A stretch of 64,000 nucleotides of DNA from Octopus sinensis (taxonomy: Eukaryota): assembly GCF_006345805.1 (NCBI RefSeq), contig NC_043014.1, positions 31,558,001 through 31,622,000 of the forward strand, written 5' to 3'. The translations under genes were made by a program, and so were the position numbers. Below the pieces are notes generated by a model. That model did not search any database and was not told where the DNA came from. It was given only the letters and a program-made list of their open reading frames with translations. Shown here piece by piece: positions 35,683 through 48,270 of this stretch (its first letter is position 1; the number at the start of each line of letters is the position of its first letter).

Positions 35683-38145
35683 TCAAACTTTATCCATCAC
35701 TGTATATTGCTCTTGTCAACCATTAGCATACTGAAGGCAAATCATGTCACTGTATGAGTTTTCACCCCTGTAGCTACAGGCACATTGCATTGCATTGGGA
35801 GGGAAGAAAACTAGTATGGCAACATAATTTGACTTCAGCATGCTAAAGGTTAATGATGTTATCTTTGGTGAAAGCTTTCTGTGGGTGCCAGACTGCCTAC
35901 ACCCATTCTACATCAAAAACTCAATGACAATGCATTGCTTTGGTTTGGAATCTATTAGATGCTTGCAATGATGAAGAACAGGAAGAAGAGCTGGTTTAGA
36001 AGAAAAGTTATTCTCTGAACATGTACAGTTTGACAATATCCGCTACTTTTGCATTACTTTGAGTACAACTCCCACATTTTAATGATTTCATATGATTCTA
36101 AGCTTATTGCACATCATCAATAAGTCTCAGCTGAGTTGTGTTACTTTCTGTACACCATCCTCTAGTTCCAGTTTCATCAAATTTGCACAAATATGCAGAC
36201 TTGTCTAATCTTTGAGAATAACTTTGAATTGATCCAGTTGGATTTTGATGTGATAAAAATCTAACCTTTTCAGCAATTATCAATTTCCTCTGCGAACAAA
36301 TTGATAACATTATTGCAGAACTTACACTTCTAAAATTCATTGTGGCTACATAGCTTTCTTCATAGCCTCAGAGTAAGGTAGGATAGAAAAAGATGATATT
36401 TCTGGGACAAAATCTAAGTGTTTGCTGATATCAATAAATCAGGTTGCCCTGAGAATAAAAAAGATTCTGATATTTTAGAATACAGACCCACTGACAGAGA
36501 AACCAAGTAATGACCAGCAAAAGTGAAAAGGTAAAAAATAGTTAAGAAGTGAAAAAGAAGGTGATCACGGTAAATAAGAAATATAGGCTGGAAGTGGTGA
36601 TTGATGTGAGAGGTTGACAGGAGGCAAAGAATAAAGGAGAAAACAGTGATTGAAATGATGATCTTCATGATGTAATATCTATTATTCACATCATACATAT
36701 CAATATCCCCATAATAATATACTCAACATGTATCCTTATCATATTTGTTAACAATATCCAGCATCATCATCAGCAGCATGATTCTATTTACATTGTTCGT
36801 CATTATCATCATATGATATCTGTTGACAACATACAAAGTAGATAACAGAATTTGCAAATTGATAATGCAGCAGGGGTTAGATAATGATACACGGTGATGA
36901 TGATGATATGGAATACAGGTGATTACAACAGATAATGATTGAGATAGAAAAATTCCAATCAAGGCTATTAGCTAAAAAGAAAATCATATAAAATATACGT
37001 GCATGTGTGGGTTTATGTATATACATATACATATTATATATAACTGAATATATAAATATGATTATATATTGACATATATTGACACACACATATATATATA
37101 TTTATATATATTACATCTGTAAAGGAGGTGTGTGTAAAATATACTTTAATGCAAGTAACAGCTAAAAAGTGAGGGATGAATTAATACTTTTCAAGGATCT
37201 CCTCAGTTGCATGTCAAGAACGGATTGGTTGAGCAAACAAAAACCGCTCTGTGAATTTGTATAAAGTGCCATGTGCACGTCATAATGGATTGTTGCCAAC
37301 AATGATATTTATTCCAGAACCAACCAATTTAATCTCAATATGAGTAGAAGTGAGAGGAGGAGGAGGGTAAAAAAAAAAGAAAAAAAGAGAAGTGTAAAAA
37401 AGAAGAGAGGAGGAGGAGGAGTATAAGAAAAAAAATCGGAAAAGAAAAATAAAAGACAAAAAAAAAATGCTGATAAACAAAAAAAAAAAAAACCCTAAAA
37501 AGCAGGTGGAAGCTGTTTGCATGCACAGCTCAATCTTTGAATATACCAAGTAATTAAACAAAAGAGATATAAACAAATAAATGTCATTGTTATTTTCAAT
37601 TCAATAAAAGCACATAAATAAATGAATGAAATAAAGAAATGAAGCAAGTGAGGAAAGAAAAGAAGGAAGCAGCCCAACAAACACAATACATTCAATGTTC
37701 AAGAGGCTATATTAAAAAAAAAAAAGCACATATAAAAGCCGGGGGGGGGGGGTATGGACCATATCCATGAGGCTTGCTTGAACTACTGTTGCCTCCTGGC
37801 AGTGATCAATAGTGAGTTACAAATGAAATTATATAATATTAGAAAAACATTTGTGTTTGACAGTGGCAGGGAGAGGAAAGATACAAAAGCATGATGCTGA
37901 ATGGTAGTTTAACCTGAACAGAGCAAAATACAACAGGCGATGTAGTTTACATACAAGTCTACCTTGATCCAACAGAACCAGGATCAAAGGTATGCCAGCC
38001 ATGACCATCCTGTCTTTTAGGGATATCTTCACACTATTGTGTCATTAGTTTATATATTTTTATTTTCGAGATATCAAATGTGAATTGAGAGAAATTTTGT
38101 TGCAATTTCCAACACATAAAGGCTCCTTTGGCAGCATAAGTACTC

Positions 38146-38343
38146 TTTACTCTTTTACTTGTTTCGGTCATTTGACTGTGGCCATGCTGGAGCACTGCCT
38201 TTAGTCGAGCAAATTGACCCCGAGACTTATTCTTTGTAAGCCCAGTACTTATTCTATCGGTCTCTTTTTGCCGAACCGCTAAGTGACGGGAACGTAAACA
38301 CACCAGCATCGGTTGTCAAGCAATGCTACGGGGACAAACACAG

Positions 38344-38391
<48 letters not shown>

Positions 38392-38940
38392 GTATATATA
38401 TATGTGAAGGCGCATGGCTCAGTGGTTAGAGCGTCGAGCTTACGATCGTGAGGTTGTGAGCTCGAATCCCGGACCGGGCTGTGTGTTGTGTTCTTGAGCA
38501 AGGCACTTTATTTCACGTTGCTCCAGTTCACTCAGCTGTAGAAATGAGTTGCGACGTCACTGGTGCCAAGCTGTATCGACCTTTGTCTTTCCCTTGGATA
38601 ACACTGGTGGCGTGGAGAGGGGAGGCTGGTTTGCATGGGCGACTGCTGGTCTTCCATAAACAACCTTGCCCGGACTTGTGTCTAGGAGGGTAACTTTCTA
38701 GGTGCAATCCCATGGTCATTCATGACCGAAGGGGGTCTTTACCCTTTATATATATATATACATACATATATATACGACAGGCTTCTTTCAGTTTCCGTCT
38801 ACCAAATCCACTCACAAGGCATTGGTCGGCCCGGGGCTATAGCAGAAGACACTTGCCCAAGATGCCACGCAGTAGGACTGAACCCGAAACCATGTGGTTG
38901 GTAAGCAAGTTACTTACCACACAGCCACTCCTGCGCCTAT
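38146..38940 (-). mobile_element. Family A SINE carrying a nested tRNA-SINE in its (TA)n spacer
   Basis: Tail 38146-38345, head 38770-38940, insert between them. Confidence 0.85.
38406..38747 (+). mobile_element. Young tRNA-derived SINE family C2 (CpG-rich)
   Basis: A box TGGCTCAGTGG 38415-25, B-box-like CTCGAATCCC. Its tail GGTCATTCATGACCGAAGGGGGTCTTT recurs in rc at 53803-53885. Confidence 0.85.
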
Positions 38941-39040
38941 TAGTATATATATTTTTATTTTCAAGATATCAAATGTGAACTGAGAGAAATTTCACTGCAA
39001 TTTCCAACACATAAAGGCTCCTTTGGCAGCATAAGTACTC

Positions 39041-39248
39041 TTTACTCTTTTACTTGTTTCAGTCATTTGACTGTGGCCATGCTGGAGCACCGTCTTTAGT
39101 TGATCAAATTGACCCCAGGACTTATTCTTTGTGAGCCTAGTACTTATTCTATCAGTCACTTTTGCCGAACTGCTAAGTTATGAGGACGTAAACACACCAA
39201 CATCGGTTGTCAAGCGATGTTGGTGGGGGGGGGAAACACAGACACACA

Positions 39249-39302
<54 letters not shown>

Positions 39303-39458
39303 CGGGCTTCTTTCAGTTTCTGTCTACCAAATCCACACACAAGGCTTTGGTTGGCCCGAGGCTATAGTAGAAGACACTTGCCCAAGGTGCCACACAGTGG
39401 GAATGAACCTGGAACCATGTGGTTAGTAAGCAAGCTACTTACCACACAGCCACTCCTG
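39041..39458 (-). mobile_element. SINE family A, full length
   Basis: Homologous to 46526-46924. Confidence 0.85.
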
Positions 39459-39799
39459 TAGTGGAAAGTTTGAAGAGGAAATACAGGCTATGGGCTGGGC
39501 TTAATCAGGAACAGGGGGTTAAATATAGCAGCATAAAGACGAAAATGTAATGCTGTGAATCATCATCACTGTCATTGTAACATCCACTTTACCATGCTTG
39601 CATGGGTTGGATGGAGTTTGTAATTGAAGGAGAGTTCTTTTTATGGTCTGATGCCCTTCCTGTCAACATCTTTCTCTTGTTTCAAAGTAAAGCAATACAT
39701 CCTCATGGCCAGACATGTTTTCAGGGCATACTGGAAATGAATAGTGTTTATTTACAACAATCATGCGATATCAAGACAATGAGACACAAACATACACTC

Positions 39800-40215
39800 A
39801 TTTACACACACACATAATTTATCTTGATTTGTTTGTCAGACTGCAGCCATGCTGGGGTATCACCTTCATAAATGAATTGATCCCTGCACTTCTTTCTTTT
39901 TTTTATAAGCTTCATACTTATTCTATTGATTTCTTTTGCCAAACCACTAAGTTATGAGCATAAACACACCAACATTGGTTGTCAAGTGGTGGTGGGGACC
40001 AAACAGACACAATGACATGCACACACACACACACATATATATCTATATATATATATATCAGATGGGCTTTTTCAGTCTCTGTCTACCAAATCCACTTACA
40101 AGGCTTTGGTCAACCTAAGGTTACAGTAAAAGACATTTGCCCAAGGTGCCATGCAATGGGACTGAACCCAGAATCATGAGCTTGGGAAGTAAATTTCCTA
40201 ACCACACAGTCATAC
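39800..40215 (-). mobile_element. SINE family A, diverged
   Basis: Tail, (CA)/(TA) spacer and head all present. Confidence 0.7.
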
Positions 40216-41044
40216 CCCTGTGAATGCTTGACTTTTGGTTATTGTAATCTGTTTGACAATTCTTAGAGAAGATGGTACCCTCCACTCATATTGTCCTTTT
40301 ACTGTTTCCAGTCATTAAGTGTGGTGATGCTAGGACACCCCAGTTTTAGTCGACCTACTCATCTTGATCTAGCTTCTTAATTTATTGATCTAACTGTTAT
40401 TTTGATATAAAGGTACTGGCAATCACATGTTAGGCTAAGTGAGTCATAGTAATCACCAGTGACACAGCACATAAAAGGCACCAGTGCTGGCAACATGTAA
40501 AAAACAACCAGTACACTCTGTAAAGTGGTTGGTGCTAGGAAGGGCATCCAACCACAGAAACCAAGCTAAAACAGACAACTGCAGTTCTCTGGCTTACTGG
40601 TCCAATCAAACCATCTAACCCATGCCAGCATGGAAAACAGACATACGATGAGGAGGAGGAGTAGGGACACAATTTGATACACAGATGTACATTACAAAAC
40701 ATACACCTAGCTCAAATGCTCTTAGCTGGTAGTTCAAGGGGATAGCTATTGACCTACACAGATCCAAAAGACAGCTTGCATGAGGTGAGTACTGCTAGTG
40801 GCAATGACATCAATCTTACTATATGCTCCATCACTCACTACAAATTCAAGCAGACAATCCAATGAAAAGGCCTCTCTCTATGTGGTTGTCCAACATGCTA
40901 GAAATACCCAAATGTCCTTCAGATCTCACCCATCTTAGAAAATGACACTTTAAGATACTATGCATAGAAAAATGAGGGGATACCTATGACTGGAACACTT
41001 TTAATTATAGATCTGCTCAATACTAACCTGAAGTTAAACTATCC

Positions 41045-41635
41045 TTTCTACTATAGGCACAAGGCCTGAAATTTTTGGGGAAGGGGGATAGTCAATTACA
41101 TCGACTTTAGTACTTAACTGGTATTTTTATTTCATCGACCCCAAAAGGATGAACAGTAAAGTTGAGTTCGGCGGAATTTGAACTCAGAATGTGAAGATAG
41201 ATGAAATACTACTGGCGTGCTAATGATTCTTATTTCTTTATTGCTCACAAGGGTCTAAACATAGAGGGGACAAACAAGGACAGACAAAGGGAATAAGTTG
41301 ATTACATCAACTCCAGTGTGTAACTGGTACTTAATTTATTGACCCTGAAAGGATGAAAGGCAAAGTCAACCTTGGCGGAATTTGAACTCAGAACGTAACG
41401 GCAGACGAAATACCTATTTCTTTACTACCCACAAGGGGCTAGACAGAGAGGACAAACAGATTAAGTCGATAATATCGACCCCAGTACGTAACTGGTACTT
41501 ATTTAATCGACCCCAAAAGGATGAAAGGCAAAGTCGACCTCGGCGGAATTTGAACTCAGAACGTAGCGGCAGACGAAATACTGCTGGGTATTTCGCCCGG
41601 TGTGCTAACGTTTCTGCCAGCTCGCTGCTTTCCTG
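41045..41635 (-). mobile_element. SINE family D trimer
   Basis: Three tandem units, each with GGCGGAATTTGAACTCAGAA and CGACCC..AAAGGATGAA; junctions near 41228 and 41414. Confidence 0.8.
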
Positions 41636-42030
41636 AAGTTAAACAATAACAGCAGACTGGTGTAGAAGTTAAAAACTGTTCAGTTATTTACTAAACATAT
41701 ATGGACATATTTCTAGCTATCACAGCAATTCATTTAAAACTTTCCTTATAACATACAAACTTCAATAAATTATTGATAATATGTGTATGACACTGGAGTA
41801 TTTTGGGGCTTTTTTTTTTATCTAGCGCCAAGTAGCCTTATGAACAACCAAGGGCACACAAGATATTTACGTTGACAGATGTCACATTTTGGAAGAGGAA
41901 TGTATTTGATATAATCAACCATAGTACCACTCTGGAGGAAAAGCAAATTTAAACTCAGAAGAACACAAAGGAACATAACAAAAAAATTATGAGGCATTTT
42001 CTTCAGAGATCTACAGATTCTTCCATTTAC

Positions 42031-42072
<42 letters not shown>

Positions 42073-43172
42073 AATGATAGCAATAATAATAAATAAATAA
42101 AAATGATAATAGTAAAATCTACTATAAATTAAAGAATCATGATTTTAGAGAAACTCAAGATTTGATATGTTAACCTGATGTGCATGTGTGTGTGTGCATG
42201 CATGTGTGTGTATGTGAGTTTGAGTGTGTGTGTGTGCATGAATATGAACAAAGCTACTTATGATCTATTGGATGTATAGCGTGATCTCAGAGATGTACTC
42301 CATGTCAGATAAGAAGGTTAGGACATGCAAGATAAACTGTATGGTACTGATGCAAACATACGATGGGAGTGGGATGGGGTGCTGACTGCCAATGTATGCA
42401 CTGAATACCAGACACTCAAGATAGTTATGATGATGATAATACTGCATTGCCTAAAACACATAAAAACAGCAAATATTTTATACAGCTTATGAAATACAAT
42501 ATCCATGTTTCATTTAATTTTTTTTTCAAATAATCAAAAATTTGAAAGGGTTTACAAACTTCCCATTATTAAACTGATGTTTTGGAAAACAATGAAATGT
42601 CTTTATTAAAAGTTGGTGCTTGGAAGATAACTTCAGAAAAGGTTCTTGAAGAAAATTATGATAGAAGGATGAGATTTAAGTGTAATCACTTTAAACCAGC
42701 TTTGTATCACAGAAGCAAGGGTGATCACAAACAGATTGTTTTCAAAAGGGTTCAAAGGAGTTCAAAGTAAAATCACAAAAGGAATTTCATACCATCATCT
42801 CAAAATTATATCTCACCCACTATGAAAGAAAAAAGCAACATGAACTAATAGTAATATCAATGTAAGCACCACAAGATCCTGTCATTGTTGTGGTGAGGTA
42901 GTTTGACCCTGAGATTTATGCCAGTAAATGGCAAGTTACTAGCAGGGCCTCTTTTCTGAATAGGTCAAAGGATAGGGGGCCAAACTTAATACTGACTACC
43001 TCGTCCCAGATGATAAAAATGGATTTGTGCAGAGCCCTATCTAGAGAAACACAAAATTACAGAAGCACCAATGATGATTCAAAACCAACAAGACCTAGGA
43101 GCAAGCCCAAAGTCAAGAACAATGGAAAATAGTCATCAATGGCCTAAGTTCCATAAGAAGCAATGGGCTTAA

Positions 43173-43380
43173 CCCTTTAGCATTCAGATTATGAATTCAA
43201 ATATAATGATTTTTCATTCACATTGTTTTTATTTAATCATGCATTGACTTGTAGCATGATGTGATTGTATATTTTTAGAATGACATTGAAGGGTAGGTGT
43301 GATAGGCTGGATTTGGCTGGTTTGAACATAAAACAGGTGGCGTATTTGGGTCAGATATAGCCCATTTAAATGTAAATGAG
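43173..43380. mobile_element. TTAA MITE copy
   Basis: TTAA|CCCTTTAGCATTCAG...|TTAA, with TSDs at 43169-72 and 43381-84. Confidence 0.75.
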
Positions 43381-43754
43381 TTAAGTAAGTAGATAATGAT
43401 ATGAGAAGAAATGTCATCAGTTACAGGAAGAGCACCTGATTGTAAAATACTGCCTCAAATAAGTGTCCATGCAACCTATATTAGCATAAAACAATAGATG
43501 AGAAATGAATGAATGAATATACATATATTATGAATCTGAGACTTTATTTGGTTACTGCTTAGATTCGCATAGATTGCTTGATGTTTGACAAGCGCTTCAC
43601 ACAAAACTCATATTAACAGCAAAAAGAAGCCTCAACTTCATATATGAATATCTAAACTGTACTCCATGTTTTTGGTACATTTTTGCATTCATCAGTAATT
43701 ATGCAGCTATATTGATTTTAATGTATGAGTTTCTGATGATGCCTTTTAGGGTAG

Positions 43755-44340
43755 AAACATGTGTCCACAGCTGCCTTTGTGTCTCCAAGCAACCGAATGG
43801 TGTGTCAATTTTGAAGAATTCTAGATTCTTGAGATTATCTCCCCTTCTCATTTTGAGTTAGTAGGAAATGCCACCAAACAATTGTTTTACCTTCTCTGGA
43901 AGCACAGATAATTTAGATAAATCAAGAGTCTTGTAGGGTGTTTAATACACCTTCATTGTTCAAATGCACTCTGACTTATTTTGCTTCACTCACTTTTTAT
44001 TTAAATTATACAAATTACCTAAGCCACATAAGTGTTTTGTGCTTTTTTGAAATATCATCTAAGCATCTCATCTGCAGGAGACAAGGTACAATAACTGCTT
44101 CGCTGGTAACAGCTACTGAGGGAGAAACAAGTGTCTACAGCTGTCCTCTCGTCTCCAGACAACTAGATTGTCCTTTCCTTACTGGAATGTCAATTTTGGA
44201 GAATTTCTGATTCTTTAAATTATCTTTCCTTCTAATTTGGAGTCGGTACCAATAGCCATCAAGCAGTCGTCTTCACCTTTCTTGGAAGATAATTTAATAA
44301 ATCAAGAATTTATCTTAAATAGTATTTAGTATACCTTTAT
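43755..44340. repeat. Old diverged direct duplication (~43755-43960 and ~44123-44340)
   Basis: Shared AGAAACA.GTGTC.ACAGCTG..GTCTCCA..TGTCAATTTTG.AGAATT..ATAAATCAAGA. Confidence 0.6.
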
Positions 44341-45034
44341 TTGTCTCAGTGGTACTAACTCTTTCCCTCGGGAAATCACACACACATCAAATCTAACAAA
44401 GAGAACAAAGAAACCCAGTTGGTTGTTTTCATAATATACTTAAGGCAATTTTCAATAAAAAGCAATGAAATGATAAACTGAGAAGAAAAGGAGGATGTAA
44501 ATAATAAGGTCCTTTTCTCAATGCGCAGAAGTGAGAAGGTTGTGTCCAACAGTACCAAACTTGTAGACATGCTTTAGTTACTATAGTGGAGTGAGTAGAA
44601 GGGGCCCGTGTAAGAGGATGGTAGAAAAGTTGGGGGAGCTGAACAAACAGCTGATAAAAAAAAAATCAATATCACCTTCAATTGCACCCCACTTTCTATC
44701 ATCCTACACTCTGTTTTTACTACAACCACCACCCTCATACCAAATACAGCACAATGTCAAACTAAGGGTGTGGATTGAGGAAGGTTACTATTGGCCATGA
44801 GCAGCTAGGTGGATGGGTAGAATACAAATAAGTTACCTCAAAAATTTATTAGAAGAGAGGAAAAAGGATAGAAGAAAAAAACAAAGCACGTAGGTGTGTG
44901 TGATATTCATTATCATCCTCATTTTACATGGTTCAGAGTTTAATTGAGGCAGATTATCTACAGCTGGATGCCCTTCCTGTCACCGACCCATAACTTATGC
45001 TTCCCAATATATTTCAACAGAATATGAGAAATGA

Positions 45035-46283
45035 ACATTTCGTGCATGTGCATTGTTTGTTTTTGATTTTGTTGACTACACAGTATAGTAAGGTCAGTTG
45101 GGCAGCGTCTGTGAGAAAAACAGCACCATGACACAATTCACTCTGCCAGAAATTTGGAAGTGACATGCTGTACTGATTAGCATTCATGCCGGAAGCTCCA
45201 ATACAAACATTTCAAGGTGCTTGGGTGACAATCTTGGAAAGAATTGGATGAGTCTAATAGTGATTACGAAGGTATGACAGATTGGAAAACTCACTCTGAT
45301 TGTTCTGATTAGAAAAGAACTCTCGAATTTATTGGTGAGATCCAGACCATAGTTGACAATGATCCCTCCAAGTCCATCAGATCCATAGCCAGGGACATGG
45401 GAATGTCTGAGTTTCTCAGACAGTACATGAAGGCAGCTAGTACATGAAGGCATTTGGTATTCATCATACAAGATGCAAAAGGGCCAATTTTTATCCCAAA
45501 CCATCAAGGTCAAGAGGAAAGACTACGCTACAAAGCCTTTGAACAAACTAAAACATCCCCTCCAACTGAACATGCTTTGGGGTTTTCTCAGACAAGAAAA
45601 AATTCTGCCATTATCAGACAGCGAATATACAGAACAACTGTTGGCTCGCTGTGACCCTAAAACATGTACAGAGAGTGATAAAAATCAAACATCCAGTCAA
45701 CATTATGGTGTTTGGAATGATCACTAGTGACTGTGACATTATGCCTCCATTCATCTTCCCACACAGCCTCAGACTCAACACGGAGGCCTGCATCAATTGC
45801 CTGACGAGGTAGTGCTGCCCTGGGTCAAGAGGGTGGCTGCTGGAAGCCCCTATCTCTAGCAACAGGACTCTGCACTATACCACACAAGCAGGAGAACCCA
45901 GTTGTGACTGTCAGACAATTTCTGCAACCACATCACCCCTAACATCTGGTCACTTAACTACCCAGACTGTAACCCCCTTGATTATTATGTGTGGGGTACA
46001 GTTGAAGGAGAGAACAAGAAAACTCTTTGTAACACCTAAGATGAACTGAAGGCAAGGATTATGGCAGCATTCACCAACAAGGGAACAGTCCAGAAGAGCT
46101 GCAGAAGATTCCAGAATCATCTGGAGGCCATGGTTGAAGCCAATGGCAATTTTATTGAATAAATTTACTATTTAGTATTTCAAAATATTTCTGTGTAATT
46201 TTGGTAAATATATCTGTTAAAATGAGATGTTAGTGTTATTCATTTTTGCATAATTTAGATGACAATTTATTCACTGCAACCTG
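45035..46283 (+). mobile_element. Near full-length Tc1/mariner (maT/DD37D-like) fossil; transposase pseudogene 45128-46162
   Basis: IVDNDPSKSIRSIARDMG..HPVNIMVFGMITSDCDIMPPFIFP..QQDSALYHTS..YPDCNPLDYYVWG..LEAMVEANGNFIE*; 3' TIR GACAATTTATTCACTGCAACCTG|TA. Confidence 0.9.
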
Positions 46284-46525
46284 TATATATATATATATAT
46301 ATATATATCTATGTGTGTGTGTGTGTTTGTCCCCATATTACCGCTTGACAACTGGTGTTGTTTATGTCCCCGTAACTTAAGTATTTCGGCAAAAGTGTTC
46401 AATAGAATAAGTACTAGACTTTAAAAAAATAAGTCCTGGAGGTGATTTGACATAAAAACCCTTCAAGGTGGTGCTCCAGCATGGTTGCAGTCAAATGACT
46501 GAAAATAATAAAAGAATATATATAT

Positions 46526-46924
46526 ATAGGGGCAAGAGTGGCTGTGTGGTAAGTAGCTTGCTAACCAACCACATAGTTCCGGGTTCAGTCCCACTGAGTG
46601 GCATCTTGGGCAAGTGTCTTCTGCTATAGCCCCGGGCCGACCAATACCTTGTGAGTGGATTTGGTAGACGGAAACTGAAAGAAGCCCATCGTATATATAT
46701 ATATATGTGTGTGCGTGTGTGTTTGTGTGTCTGTGTTCGTCCCACTAGCATTGCTTGACAACCGATGCTGGTGTGTTTATGTCCCCGTCACTTAGTGATT
46801 TGGCAAAAGAGATCGATAGAATAAGTACTGGGCTTACAAAGAATAAGTCCCGGAGTCGATTTGCTCGACTAAAGGCGGTGCTCCAGCATGGCCGCAGTCA
46901 AATGACTGAAACAAGTAAAAGAGT
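46526..46924 (+). mobile_element. SINE family A, best-preserved full-length copy
   Basis: Head GAGTGGCTGTGTGGTAAG..GGGTTCAGTCCC (B-box-like), CORE-like CTTGGGCAAGTG, (TA)n(TG)n spacer, tail ending AAGTAAAAGAGT. Confidence 0.9.
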
Positions 46925-46929
46925 ATATA

Positions 46930-47160
46930 TATATTGAACGTGGTCGTTGCCAGAACTGCCTGACTGGCCCTCGTGCCAGTGGCATGTAAAAACACCCACT
47001 GCACTCTCGGAGTGGTTGGCGTTAGGAAGAGCATCCATGTGTAGAAACTCTGCCAGATAATAGATAATATTGGAGCTTGGTGCAGCCATCTGGTTCGCCA
47101 GTCCTCAGTCAAATCGTCTAACCCATGCTAGCATGTGAAGCGGACGTTAAACGATGAATG
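46930..47160 (+). mobile_element. RTE LINE 3'UTR
   Basis: Matches 20845-21010 and 58480-58650. Confidence 0.75.
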
Positions 47161-47934
47161 ATTATGCACACATTATATACACATATCCAATGAGATCATC
47201 CATGTCAGCTTGCATAAATGTGTTAGTGTGTACTTACTTTTGAACACACACACATCAGTACACAAATATGCATATATATAGTTATGCACATACACACACC
47301 CACACATGTTCACACAAGAGACTCTATGTGTGTGTGTGTGTGTGTGCATGCGCTATCACCTGTCAATCAAATGTACAAGCTGCAATGAAATTGGATATTG
47401 TACAAAAAAAAAGAAGTCAACTCACAAAAGTATACATGTAAACATAGAATACTCACACACACACAAACATGTAAACTAATACAAACACTCACAGCACACA
47501 CATGTAAAGGGCAAACACACACACACACATGTGCAAAGGACAAACACACCCACACGTCCACCTACACATATAAGCAAAGGATAAATACACCCACACGTCA
47601 ATCAATCAATTCCAGCTGCCTGATCACAATTGGTGTTATCAAGGATTTTTTTACCAGTGAGGAAATCAGAGAGATTCAGAGAATGTGTGTGTGTGTGGTG
47701 TGTGTGTCTGAGAGAGAGAGAGAGAGCAAATGGATAGGTAGAATAAAGCATCATACACATAAGCTAAGTAAAAGGGAGGAGGCATTTGGAAAGAAAGAAA
47801 ATGAAGAAACAGGATGTTTGTATGAAGGGCTGGTGGTGGTGATGGTGGGAGTAGTAGCAGCAACAGCAGTAGTAATATAAAGGCAGCTAAAATTATATTG
47901 TACCTACTTTACTCGCTTCATAGTACTTTAACTA

Positions 47935-47937
47935 GCT

Positions 47938-47983
<46 letters not shown>

Positions 47984-48077
47984 TATATACGTGAGTGTGT
48001 GTGTACATATGTATCTATGCATATGTATATATATATCTATGCATATGTATATATATGCATATATACATGTGTGTGTA

Positions 48078-48121
<44 letters not shown>

Positions 48122-48169
48122 CACATATAAGGAATGTTTATGTACTACTGAGGCGTGTGTGTGTGTATG

Positions 48170-48204
<35 letters not shown>

Positions 48205-48270
48205 GGGTGTCTATATACTTTTGAGATGTTTGTGGGTGTATGTGTGTGTATGTATGTATGTATATATGGG
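47935..48270. repeat. Compound (TA)n/(TG)n microsatellite
   Basis: Directly visible. Confidence 0.95.
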
